Source of the DNA: Octopus sinensis | Taxonomy: Eukaryota | Direction of reading: 5' to 3' | NCBI RefSeq assembly: GCF_006345805.1 | Contig: NC_043020.1 | Location: forward strand, 7,564,001 to 7,628,000 | Length of the DNA: 64,000 bases | Shown here: positions 39,390-51,298 of the stretch, in pieces | How positions within the stretch are numbered: the stretch's first letter is position 1 | Layout: every line of letters begins with the position of its first letter | The notes under the pieces: generated by a model | Databases searched by the model: none | The model's input: the letters and a program-made list of their open reading frames with translations, nothing else | Told to the model about the DNA's origin: nothing | Translations under genes and position numbers: made by a program

Positions 39390-39833
39390 ATATATATATG
39401 CGGTGTGTGGTGTATGTATATATATATATAATATGTATGTGAGTGTGTGTGTGTGTATGTATGTATGTATGTATATATAGTGTGTGTGTGTGTATGTATG
39501 TATGTATATATATATGCGTGTGGTGTGTATGTATGTATATATATGTGTGTGTGTGTATGTATGTATGTATATATATATGTGTGGTGTGTGTATGTGTATA
39601 TACATATCATACATACCCACACACACCCATATATATATACATACATACATACATGTGTGTGTATGTATGTATATATATATGGTGTGTGTGTGTGTATGTA
39701 TATGTATATATATATGTGTGTGTGGTGTGTGTGTGTGTGTATGTATGTATATATATATGTGTGGTGTGTGTGTGTATGTATGTATGTATGTATATATATA
39801 TATGCGTGTGTGTGTATGTATGTATGTTATATA

Positions 39834-39868
<35 letters not shown>

Positions 39869-40480
39869 ATATATATGTGTGTGTGTGTGGTGTATGTATG
39901 TATGTATGTTGTGTGTAGTATGTATGTATGTATGTGTGGTGTGTGTATGTATGTTTATGTAATATTATATGTGTGTTGGGTGTGTGTGTATGTATGTATG
40001 TATGTATGTGTGTGTGTGATGTATGTATGTATATATATATGTGTGTGTGTGTAGTATGTATGTATAATATATGTGTGTGTGTGTGTAGGAATGTATGTAT
40101 ATATATATGCGTGTTGGTATGTATGTATGTAATATATGTGTGTGTGTAGTATGTATGTATTTATATATATATGTGTGGTGTGTATGTATGTATGTATATA
40201 TATATGGTGTGTGTGTGTGTGTATGTATGTATATATATGTATGTGTGTGTGTGTATGTATGTATGTATATATATATGTGTGTGTGTGTGTGTATGTATGT
40301 ATATGTATATGTGTGTGTGTGTGTGTGGTATGTATATATATGTATGTGTGTGTGTGTATGTATGTATGTATGTATATATATATATGTGTGTGTGTGTATG
40401 TATGTATATATATATGCGTGTGTGTGTGTATGTATGTATGTATATATATATGTGTGTGTGTATGTATGTATGTATATATA

Positions 40481-40513
<33 letters not shown>

Positions 40514-40590
40514 ATATATATATGTGTGTGTGTGTGTATGTATGTATATGTATATGTGTGTGTGTGTATGTATGTATGTATATATATGTA

Positions 40591-40621
<31 letters not shown>

Positions 40622-40740
40622 ATGTATATATATATGTGTGTGTGTGTATGTATGTATGTATATATATATGCGTGTGTGTGTGTATGTATGTATGTATATA
40701 TATATGTGTGTGTGTGTGTATGTATGTATGTATATATATA

Positions 40741-40776
<36 letters not shown>

Positions 40777-41223
40777 ATTGTGTGGTGTGTGTATGTATGT
40801 ATGTATATATATATGTGTGGTGTGTGTATGTATGTATGTATATATATATGTTGTGTGTGTGTGTAGGATGTATGTATATATATATATGCGTGTGTGTGTA
40901 TGTATGTATGTATATATATATGTGGTGTGTATGTATGTATGTATGTATATATTATGTGTGTGTGTGTATGTATGTATGTATATATATGTGTGTGTGTGTG
41001 TTGTATGTATGTATATATATGTATGTGTGTGTGTGTATGGTATGTATGTATAATATATGTTGTGTGTGTGTGTTGTATGTATATGTATATGTGTGTGTGT
41101 GTGTATGTATGTATGTATATATATGTATGTGTGTGTGTATGTATGTATGTATGTATATATATATGTGTGTGTGTGTATGTATGTATGTATATATATATGC
41201 GTGTGTGTGTGTATGTATGTATG

Positions 41224-41272
<49 letters not shown>

Positions 41273-41517
41273 ATGTGTGTGTGTGTATGTATGTATGTAT
41301 ATATATATGTGTGTGTGTGTATGTATGTATGTATATATATATGTGTGTGTGTGTGTAGGAATGTATGTATATATATATGCGTGTGTGTGTATGTATGTAT
41401 GTATATATATAGGTGTGTGTGTATGTATGTATGTATGTATATATATATGTGTGTGTGTGTATGTATGCATGTATATATATATGTGTGTGTATGTATGTAT
41501 GTATATATATGTATGTA

Positions 41518-41554
<37 letters not shown>

Positions 41555-41739
41555 ATGTATATATATGTGTGTGTGTATGTATGTATGTATGTATATATAT
41601 GTGTGTGTGTGTATGTATGTATGTATGTATATATATATGTGTGTGTGTGTGTATGTATGTATGTATATATATATGTGTGTGTGTGTGTATGTATGTATGT
41701 ATATATATATATATGTGTGTGTATGTATGTATATATATA

Positions 41740-41770
<31 letters not shown>

Positions 41771-42065
41771 ATATATATGTGTGTGTGTATGTATGTATGT
41801 ATATATATATGTGTGTGTGTGTGTATGTATGTATGTATATATATATTGTGTGTGTGTGTATGTATGTATGTATATATATATAATGTGTGTGTATGTATGT
41901 ATGTATGTATATATATATATATGTGTGTGTGTGTATGTATTTTGTATATATATATGTGTGTGTGTGTGTATGTATGTATGTATATATATGTATTGTGTGG
42001 TGTGTGTATGTTGTATGTATGTATATATATATGTGTGTGTATGTATGTATGTATGTATATATATA

Positions 42066-42096
<31 letters not shown>

Positions 42097-42243
42097 ATAT
42101 ATATGTGTGTGTATGTATGTATGTATATATATATGTGTGTGTGTGTATGTATGTATGTATATGTATGTATGTATGTGTGTGTATGTATGTATGTATGTAT
42201 ATATATATATGTGTGTGTGTATGTATGTATGTATATATATGTA

Positions 42244-42274
<31 letters not shown>

Positions 42275-42317
42275 ATATATATATGTGTGTGTATGTATGT
42301 ATGTATGTATATATATA

Positions 42318-42348
<31 letters not shown>

Positions 42349-42463
42349 ATATATATGTGTGTGTGTATGTATGTATGTATGTATGTATATATATGTGTGT
42401 GTGTGTATGTATGTATGTATATATATATGTGTGTGTGTGTGTGTGTATGTATGTATATATATA

Positions 42464-42494
<31 letters not shown>

Positions 42495-42555
42495 ATATAT
42501 ATATATGTGTATGTATGTATATATATATGTGTGTGTGTATGTGTATGCGTATATA
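39000..42555. repeat. 3.5-kb compound (TA)n(TG)n(TATG)n satellite
   Basis: Directly visible; the + strand is almost devoid of C. Confidence 0.98.
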
Positions 42556-42772
42556 TAAAACTGAGCTAAACTTGATTAACCGATTTAAGTAGATTATCTA
42601 AATACACATTTTGGCCTTTTCTTTGGTTTATATTTCGAGATTAAGATTAACTTATGCTTACTTAGAATGGATTAACAAGTAGGATCATCCTCTTCTTGCT
42701 TATGATGCAGTATCACTAGTTCAGAGCCTCCTGTTGGAAGAAATTGTGACCAGGATATATGAAGCGTTTGTA

Positions 42773-42833
<61 letters not shown>

Positions 42834-43627
42834 AGGGTGTACCAAGCATTTGTAAACAAAAGCAAAACACAAGAACAACTGAAGACCCTAAACAATGGCC
42901 CCTTTGTTCAGCCAGATGCACCAGTGAAACATACCATTCAATAAAACTGTCCCCAGTCCTGGTGACAGCCCTGAAACAACCATTAGAGTGCCAAGATGCT
43001 AGGGTTAACTAGCGCCTGTTCATTTTGCCCACAACAGCAGGTCCTCAGTGAGGCCCTGGCTCCATGGTGCCTGACCCCACAGTGCCACCCTCTGACACTA
43101 CTACTCGCACGTAGACCAGCTCAGATGACTCAGATCTGGAGAGCTGTAAGGTCACATGATGTTCAGAGTCCTATGAGCCTGTCCCTCTTTTTATCTTACA
43201 GGATTTATACCTGATGACCTCATGCACATCATCTAGTTGTGGATCCCACCACCTTGAGTATTATGGGACCCCAGGTAATGCAATGCACTGGGCCCTATAG
43301 TATTTAGTTATTGACAGCAAGCCATAACATACACAGATCAGAATTGGACCCCTAGACTTGTAAGGACCCTGGGCAATTGTCTAGTGTGCCCAGACCTTAA
43401 GATAAAGACAACACTGAAACCTCGCCACAATTGAAGAATCTGGTAATTTCTGAGTCTTTTTGAGGGTTTGGGGTTTAGAAGCCTGACCATGATGTGTCTG
43501 TTTATTTCCTGCATCAGACTGAGGTCTGCCACGTTGATGACATTAGAAGTAGGGATGACAAAGTTAAAATTTGGTGCAGGTCACATGACATTGGATTGTG
43601 TCAGATTGTCTCCCCTTTATAGTCTCT

Positions 43628-44030
43628 TTTACTCTTTTACTTGTTTCAGTCATATGACTGCAGCCATGCTGGAGCACCGCCTTTAATCGAGCAACTCAAC
43701 CCCGGGACTTATTCTTTTGTAAGCCCAGTACTTATTCTATCGGTCTCTTTTGTTGAACCGCTAAGTGACGGGGACATAAACACACCAGCATCGGTTGTCA
43801 AGCAATGCTAGGGGGACAAACACAGACACACAAACACACACACACGCATATATATACATATATACGACGGGATTCTTTCAGTTTCCGTCTACCAAATTCA
43901 CTCACAAGGCTTTGGTCGGCCCGAGGCTAGAGTAGAAGACACTTGCCGAAGGTGCCACGCAGTGGGACTGAACCCGGAACCATGTGGTTGGTAAACAAGC
44001 TACTTACCACACAGCCACTCCTGCGCCTAT
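43628..44030 (-). mobile_element. Family B tRNA-headed SINE, full-length copy
   Basis: Minus-strand head ggctgtgtggtaagtagcttg...ggttccgggttcagtcccac, central (TG/TA)n, tail ...gaaacaagtaaaagag. Many fragments occur, e.g. 2830-3030, 15400-15545, 16860-17060, 27600-27800, 28275-28440, 33000-33360, 38595-38955, 50590-50940 and 56520-56860. Confidence 0.85.
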
Positions 44031-44625
44031 AAAATTTATTTCTAAATACCCAGTCTTTTTTCTCTCTCTCCCTCCTCCCACTCTCCTCTTTCTGTCTGTC
44101 TGTCCGTCTGTCTCTCTCATTTGACCCTTTATTATTCAGATTTCTCTGTCAAATGTAAAGCTTATTTCTTCACTTTGGTTTGAATTAGTCATGTAGTATC
44201 TTGTGGCTTTGAGATTTCAATGATGTGAATGTTTATTTTTAGAATGACATTGTAGGGTAAGTGTGAGAGGCAGGATCTGACAAGTTCGAAGATAAAACAG
44301 GTAAAGTATTTTGACCCCATATGGTTCAGCTTCTGTGCATGTATGGAGTAATTGGTTTGACAGGATCTGACTAGTCGGAGGACTGCATCATACACCATTA
44401 TCTCCTTTGACATGATCTCTACAGATGGATGCCCTTCCTTATGCCAACCCCTTTTCCAGGGTATGCTGGTTGCTCTTTGTCTTGGCACCAACTCTGGAGA
44501 TGATTGCCTAAGAATTAGTATGACTAAGGGCCTAAAGTGTCCTCTGTAAATGAGGGACGACAGAAGAGAGAGTGGGCAGCAACTCTGGATGAAGGGATGA
44601 GGAGTGGTAACTAAGAGGACAGGAT

Positions 44626-44860
44626 AAGGTGGCGAGTTGGCAGAAACGTTAGCACGCCGGGCGAAATGCTTAGCGGTATTTCGTCTACCATTACGTTCTG
44701 AGTTCAAATTCCGCCGAGGTCGACTTTGCCTTTCATCCTTTTGGGGTCGATAAATTAAGGACCAGTTACGCACTGGGGTCGATATAATCGACTTAATCCG
44801 TCTGTGTGTCCTTGTTTGTCCTCTCTGTGTGTAGCCCCTTGTGGGCAGTAAAGAAATAGG
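44626..44860 (+). mobile_element. Family A SINE, near-consensus copy
   Basis: A-box-like ggcgagttggcagaa and B-box gagttcaaattcc. Other copies occur at about 405-555, 18105-18330, 22225-22617, 28770-28990, 29998-30200, 32290-32470, 35545-35735 and 63688-63920. Confidence 0.85.
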
Positions 44861-45024
44861 ATATGGGGGGTGGTGAAGGTAAACTAGTCTTATTGGAATG
44901 TGCATAATTAATGTCTATTTGGGAAATGTGTACATAGATATACAACCAATTTAGAGTTGTTAAAATGCGTGTGTAATCTTAATTAAAAGTTAATTTTTGT
45001 TTTGTTTCTATTTTTTTTTTAAAG

Positions 45025-45060
45025 GAATCTCGCAGTAAAAACACTTCCATAAAGAAATCA
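45025..45060 (+). CDS. DCDC2: 36-nt micro-exon (ESRSKNTSIKKS)
   Basis: T10 tract + aaag acceptor; donor TCA|gtaagt; phase 0/0, no stop. No homology support, so splice signals are the only evidence. Confidence 0.65.
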
Positions 45061-45093
45061 GTAAGTAGCAATTTTTTTTTCTTATTGGTTTAA

Positions 45094-45314
45094 CCCTTTA
45101 GTGTTCACATTACTCTGCCAAAATCAATGCTTTTTCATCCTCATTGTTTTGAACTAATCATGCATTATCTTGAAGTTATGAGATTTTAATGAGGTAGCTG
45201 TTAATTTTTAAAACGATATTGTAGGGTTGGTGTGAGAGACCAGATCTGGCCAGTTTGAACATAAAACAGGCAGAATACTTCTGGCCGGATATGGCCGGTT
45301 TAAATGCTAAAGGG
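45094..45314. mobile_element. piggyBac-like MITE with TTAA target duplication
   Basis: TTAA|CCCTTTAG...CTAAAGGG|TTAA. Related copies or fragments occur at about 11865-13300, 15600-15825, 36100-36320, 44125-44320 and 51090-51160. Confidence 0.72.
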
Positions 45315-45675
45315 TTAAGGCAGAGTCTGTGCCACTGGCCTTCACTGACCATCAGGGGTCAATGAGACTAACAAGGCTGATGTCTCTTTTAAACATTTGT
45401 GAGTTGACAGCTGCAGGGGAAGCATTGCACATTTATAGAGACAGGGAACTCCAGAGGGATGAAACTCTGTGGATTGGAGGAAGGACTTAGGCGTAGGGGT
45501 TAATGGCAGGACCTGAGAAGGTGAGGAGGAAGAGGACAGAATAAGGGTGTCCAGGGAAGGAGAGACTAAGGATTTGGGGATAGTGGGGTGCCTGATTGGT
45601 GGAGAGGACACAAGACCAGCCAGTTCTGATGAGCAGTGGCCATAGTAGTAGTAGTAATAGTAATAGTAGTAGTAA

Positions 45676-45713
<38 letters not shown>

Positions 45714-46009
45714 AAAATGACAGAGGAAGGTGACAATATGGCTGCATGTGGGGGAGGCTGGAGTGTGTTTGTGTGCAAACTTCCTATCAATTAGTCATGA
45801 ATTAAGACTTCTCAGTCATTGCTGTTATTACCCAGTTGTATTATCACATTATTCGGATAGAGAAGATTGGAAGGAGTTTTATTTGTACACATAGTCAGGA
45901 GAAAAGACAGTGCCCTCGACATTCGTCAGGGTTCCTGACACTGGCAAGATAGAGGAGAAGATGGTATCCTCAAACTAAAACCCTACCTTGAACGCAACTG
46001 TATGATGAT

Positions 46010-46110
46010 GATGATACTTCTGATTGCACAAAGGGCATCAGGTGATGACACAAAGGGCATCGGGTGATGAGACAAAGGGCATCAGGTGATGAGACAAAGG
46101 GCATCGGGTG
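46010..46110. repeat. 22-bp tandem repeat, about 4 copies (gacaaagggcatcaggtgatga)
   Basis: Directly visible. Confidence 0.9.
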
Positions 46111-46787
46111 ATCAGAGTTCTCCAAGTGGTGCCACTCTGAGCCAAAGTAAACCCTTCTTCCCAGATGACACCTCTTTTGGTCAAGTCTTCTAGCACAGGT
46201 CTTTTGCCATGTCTTCACCGAACCGCCTCTTTTTTGCCTCCCGCTTTCATACGGGAAGTTGTTGCTCTTTAGCGCTTCCCAATTGAACCAATCTATGATC
46301 AAAGGTGCAGGTTTGACCATGCGATTCAGGAGTTGGCTTCTCAGCCATGAGGTTCTTAGTTCAATCCTGCTGCACAACTCCTTAAACAATGCTCTCTGAG
46401 TGGGATCCAGTTGGTGGAAAATGTACAGAAGCCTCTTGTATATATTTGTGTGTTTGTACATATATGAATGTATGCATGTATGTATGTATTTATATATACT
46501 TGTACTTATGTCTGAAAATCTGTTCCAACCATGACCATCCCATCTTTTTACCCCCAGCATGGTATAACAAGCACTAAATTTTTTTAATGTATGCTTCTCC
46601 TCACGTAGGTAATGTGTGGTTTGAGGGAAATTTAGTTGCTATTGCAGGCATGGCTGTGTGGTTAGAGGTTTGTTCCCCAGTCACATAGTTCCGTATTCAT
46701 AGCACCTTGGACAAGTGTCTTCCCCGAAGCCTTGTGAGTGGATTTGGTAGATAGAAACTGAAAGAAGCCTGTCGTATATACATACAT

Positions 46788-49700
46788 ATCATCATCATCA
46801 TCATCATCGTTTAACGTCCGTTCTCCATGCTAGCATGGGTTGGACGGTTCGACCGGGGATCTGGAAAGCCAGAAGGCTGCACCAGGCTCCAGTCTTATCT
46901 GGCAGTGTTTCTACAGCTGGATGCCCTTCCTAACGCCAACCACTCCGTGAGTGTAGTGGGTGCTTTTTACGTGCCACCTGCACAGGTGCCAGGCGAGGCT
47001 GGCAACGGCCACGGTCGGATTGGTGTATTTTATGTGCCACCTGCACGGAAGCCAAACGAGGGGGTGCTGGCATTGGCCACGAGTCGGATAGTGCTTTTTA
47101 CGTACCACCAGACCAGGGATCCTGGCTGGTTCAATTCGATTTCGATTTCGCTTGCCCCAACATGTCTTCGCAAGCAAGGGGGTTGGCATGGGTGCCTGTC
47201 GTACGGTCAGATTGGTGTATTTTACGTGCCACCGGCACGGAAGCCAGTGGAGGCGGCGCTGGCATCGGCCACGAGTCGGATAGTGCTTTTTACGTACCAC
47301 CAGACCAGGGATCCTGGCTGGTTCAATTCGATTTCGATTTCGTTTCGTTTTCGCTTGCCCCAACATGTCTTTGCAAGCAAGGGGGTTGGCATGGGTGCCT
47401 GTCGTACGGTCAGATTGGTGTATTTTACGTGCCACCGGCACGGAAGCCAGTGGAGGCATCGGCCACGAGTCAGATAGTGCTTTTTACGTACCACCAGACC
47501 AGGGATCCTGGCTGGTTCAATTCGATTTCGCTTGCCCCAACATGTCTTCGCAAGCAAGGGGGTTGGCATGGGTGCCTGTCGTACGGTCAGATTGGTGTAT
47601 TTTACGTGCCACCGGCACGGAAGCCAGTGGAGGCGGCGCTGGCATCGGCCACGAGTCGGATAGTGCTTTTTACGTACCACCAGACCAGGGATCCTGGCTG
47701 GTTCAATTCGATTTCGCTTGCCCCAACATGTCTTCGCAAGCAAGGGGGTTGGCATGGGTGCCTGTCGTCGGATGAGGTTCTATATCGACTTCGCTTGCCT
47801 CAACAGGTCTTTGTGTCCAAGGGAGGAAAGGCATTCATAAGTGGGCTGGGCTCACTTGTCCTGCCTGGTCTTCTCACGTACAGAATATTTCCAAGGTCTC
47901 GGTCGCTGGTCATTTCCTCAGTGAGGCCTAAAGTTCGAAGGTCGTGCTTCACCACCTCGTCCCAGGTTTTCCTGGGTCTACCTCTTCCACGGGTTCCCTC
48001 AACTGCTAAGGATTGGTACTTTCTCACACACCTATCTTCATCCATTCTCGCCACATGACCATACCAGCGCAATCGTCTCTCTTGCACACCACAACTGATG
48101 CCTCTTAGGTACAACATTTCTCTCAAGGTGCTAACGCTCTGTCGAGTATGTACACTGACATTACACATCCATCGGAGCATACTGGCTTCATTCCTCACGA
48201 GCTTACGCATGTCCTCGGCAGTCACGGCCCATGTTTCACTGCCATGTAGCATGGCTGTTCGTACACACGCATCATACAGTCTGCCTTTTACTCTGAGCGA
48301 GAGGCCTTTAGTCACCAGCAGAGGTAAGAGCTCCCTAAACTTTGCCCAGGCTATTCTTATTCTAGCAGTTACACTTTCAGCGCACCCACCCCCACTACTG
48401 ACTTGGTCACCTAGATAACGGAAGCTATCAACTACTTCTAGTTTTCCCCCTGGAAAGTGACGGAAGTTATTTTCTGCAGATTTTCGGAGGTTAATGCTCC
48501 AGAGCATTTGCCACATACAAAAGCTATCTTCCCAGTTAGCCTACCTTTGACATTGCTGCACCTCTTATGTGTCCATAGCTTACACTGGGTACATCTTATA
48601 GAGTTTCTACCTACACCTTTCTACAGATCGAGCAGGGCCATCTTCCTGAAGACATTTGTGGATTGTCTACCTTCCTACTTATTAGTACTTTGGTTTTAGC
48701 TAGGTTGACTCTAAGGCCCCTCGATTCTAAACCCTCCTTCCACACCTGGAACTTCTCCTCCAGCTCTGATAGTGACTCAGCAATAAGAGCAAGGTCGTCA
48801 GCGTAGAGGAGCTCCCAGGGACAACCTGTCTTGAATTCCTCCGTAATTGCCTGGAGGACTATGATAAATAGGAGGGGGCTGAGTACTGAACCTGGTGGAC
48901 CCCAACCTCTACTTTGAATCTTCTGTGTACATGTTGCCAACCCTAACCTTACTTACGGCATCTCTGTACATGGCTTGCACAGTCCTCACCAGCCATTCAT
49001 CTATCCCCAGTTTCCTCATTGACCACCAGATAAGGGATCGGGGACCCTATCAAAAGCTTTCTCCATGTCAACAAAAGCCAGGTACAGGGGCTTATCTTTG
49101 GCTAGGTATTTCTCCTGCAGCTGCCTTACCAGGAATATAGCATCAGTGGTACTTTTCCCTGGCACGAACCCAAACTGCATCTCATCTAAACTAACTCTCT
49201 CTCTAATTAGTTGGGCTATGACCCTCTCCGTAACCTTCATTACTTGATCCAACAGCTTGATACCTCTGTAATTATTTGTATCTAGGGCATCACCTTTACC
49301 TTTGTAGCAGTTGACTAGTGTGCTGCTACACCAGTCATTGGGTATGACTCCTTCGTGTATCACCTGGTTGACTATACGGGTGACCAGGCTATAGCCGACA
49401 CTGCCAGATATTTTGAGCATCTCTGCAGTAATTCCTGATGGGCCTGGGGCTTTCCCTGTCTTCATGCTTCTAATTGCCTTAGCTACCACGGAACTATCAA
49501 CTCGGATAGCTGGTCCCTCTGTTGGGTCAACATTCAGCAGACTCTCTTTATCCCATTCATTTTCTTTATTCAGCAACCTTTCATAGTGGCATCTCCAAAC
49601 CTCTCTCTTTGCATCCTCATTTAGCGCAAGAGAACCATCATCCATGCGAACACACTTCTCTCCTACCACATCACGATTCTCTCTCACACACTGTCTTGCA

Positions 49701-50543
49701 ACACGAAATACCTCAAGTCTTTCATCCTCACGGCTCAGAATATTGGCAAATTTTTTCTTATCCGCTTCCCCTCTGGCTAGATAAACCTGTCTCCTAGCTT
49801 CCCTTCTGGCTGTCTGATACAATTCCCTGCTACCACCATTCTTCCAGTCCTTCCAAGCCTGTCTCTTTTGTCTAATAGCCCTGTCAACCACAGTGTTCCA
49901 CCACCATGTTACTCTGGGTCGAGATGGTACTTTGCTCCATCCACAGATCTGGTCAGTGGCTGTCAGCAGATTGTCCCGTAGGAATCTCCAGTTGTCTTCC
50001 ACATTTAGTGAAGCTATATCCCCTTCTATTTCGTCAAAGGCCTCGAGTAGTATGTCTCTAAATCTCTGTCCATTTGCAGGATGTTTAAGCTTCCAGACCC
50101 TTCTCCTCCAAGCTGGTCTTCTTCTGGGCAACCATTTAGCTCTGATCCTGAAGTCGCTAACCACTAATCTATGTTGGGGAGTACATTCTTCGCCTGGAAA
50201 GGTTTTGGCATTTATAATCAGCCCTCTTTCCCTTTTTCTGGCAAGGATGTAGTCAATCTGGCTGGTGTGTCTGCCAGAACGGTAGGTGACTAGGTGAGAG
50301 GGGGTTTCCTGAAGTTGGTATTGCAGACCATAAGGTCATTTGCATTGCAGAACTCCAGCAGCCTGGTTCCCTCCTCATTACGAGAGCCAAAACCGTAGCC
50401 TCCATGGACGCCATGGAAGCCCCCGACATGTCGTCCAACATGTCCATTGAAATCACCTGCCACGAAGAGAAGGTCACTGTCATTTGTCAATGAGGTAGTC
50501 CGCAATAGGGTGTCATAGAATTGGTCTTTTTGTCCTTCCGGTA

Positions 50544-50546
<3 letters not shown>
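46788..50546 (-). mobile_element. RTE-clade non-LTR retrotransposon, 5'-truncated (C-terminal APE endonuclease + RT + PHD finger + 3'UTR + (GAT)n tail)
   Basis: Minus-strand motifs AGDFNGHVG, SQIDYIL, WWWN, NYRGIKLL, QFGF, FVDMEKAFDRVP, GVHQGSVLSPLLF, YADD, RLRWYGHV.RM, GRPRKTW. (CAT)n on + at about 46788-46808 is the 3' tail. The 5' end stops at a (TA)n run. Confidence 0.93.
47010..47770. repeat. About 4 tandem copies of a 177-203-bp unit in the RTE 3'UTR
   Basis: The marker gtcgtacggtcagattggtg recurs at 47198, 47401 and 47578; a partial copy starts at 47764. Confidence 0.9.
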
Positions 50547-50588
<42 letters not shown>

Positions 50589-51032
50589 TCTTTTGATTGT
50601 GGCCATACTGGAATACCACCTCGAAGGGTTTTACTTGAACAAATTGACTTATTTTTTAATCCCAGTACTTATTCTATCGGTCTCTTTTGCTGAACTGCTA
50701 AGTTACAGGGATGTAAACACACCTACACTGGTTGTCAAGCAGTGATGGGGGGAACAAACAAACACACACACACATGACTGGTCTTTTTCAGTTTCTGTCT
50801 ACCAAATCGACTCGTAAGACTTTGAGTGACCTGGGGGCTCTATTAGAAGATACTTGCCCAAGGTGACATGCAGTGGGACTGAAACTGAAACCATGTGGTT
50901 GGTAAGAAAGCTTCTTACCACATGGCCATGTCTGCACCTATAGTCTCATTTACTATATAAATTTACTATATAAATCTCATTTATTTATAAATACCCAGTC
51001 TTCTTTCTCTCTCTCCTCTTTCTGTCAGTCTG

Positions 51033-51093
<61 letters not shown>

Positions 51094-51165
51094 ACCCTTT
51101 ATTATTCAGATTTCTCTGTCAAATGTAAAGCTTATTTCTTCACTTTGGTTTGAATTAGTCAATTG

Positions 51166-51290
51166 TTTTTTTTGTTATTTTCATTTTTTTTTGTTATTTT
51201 CATTTTTTTTTGTTATTTTCATTTTTTTTTGTTATTTTCATTTTTTTTTGTTATTTTCATTTTTTTTTGTTATTTTCATTTTTTTTTCTC
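51166..51290. repeat. 19-bp repeat (T8-9 GTTATTTTCA), 6 copies, forming the acceptor pyrimidine tract
   Basis: gttattttca starts at 51174, 51193, 51212, 51231, 51250 and 51269. Confidence 0.93.
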
Positions 51291-51298
51291 TCTTGCAG

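Noticed and set aside
38890-42592. Very long ORFs (up to 824 aa) of C/V/Y/M/I or H/T/Y/I
   Set aside because: Translations of the (TA)(TG)(TATG) satellite, open in several frames only because stops cannot form; the same applies to 27766-28459, 34483-35030 and 52403-52646.
43036-43150. Possible extra exon ending AGAGCT|gtaagg
   Set aside because: The protein-like frame (SSDDSDLES) has an upstream TAG and ends in phase 1, incompatible with the flanking phase-0 exons; the phase-0 frame has implausible composition.
46827-48058. Repetitive ORFs of 136-298 aa
   Set aside because: Frames through the tandem RTE 3'UTR and the antisense of the RT.
51191-51298. Hydrophobic N-terminus of track ORF 51191..52417 (signal or membrane-like)
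   Set aside because: It is the translated intronic 19-bp T-rich repeat upstream of the acceptor.
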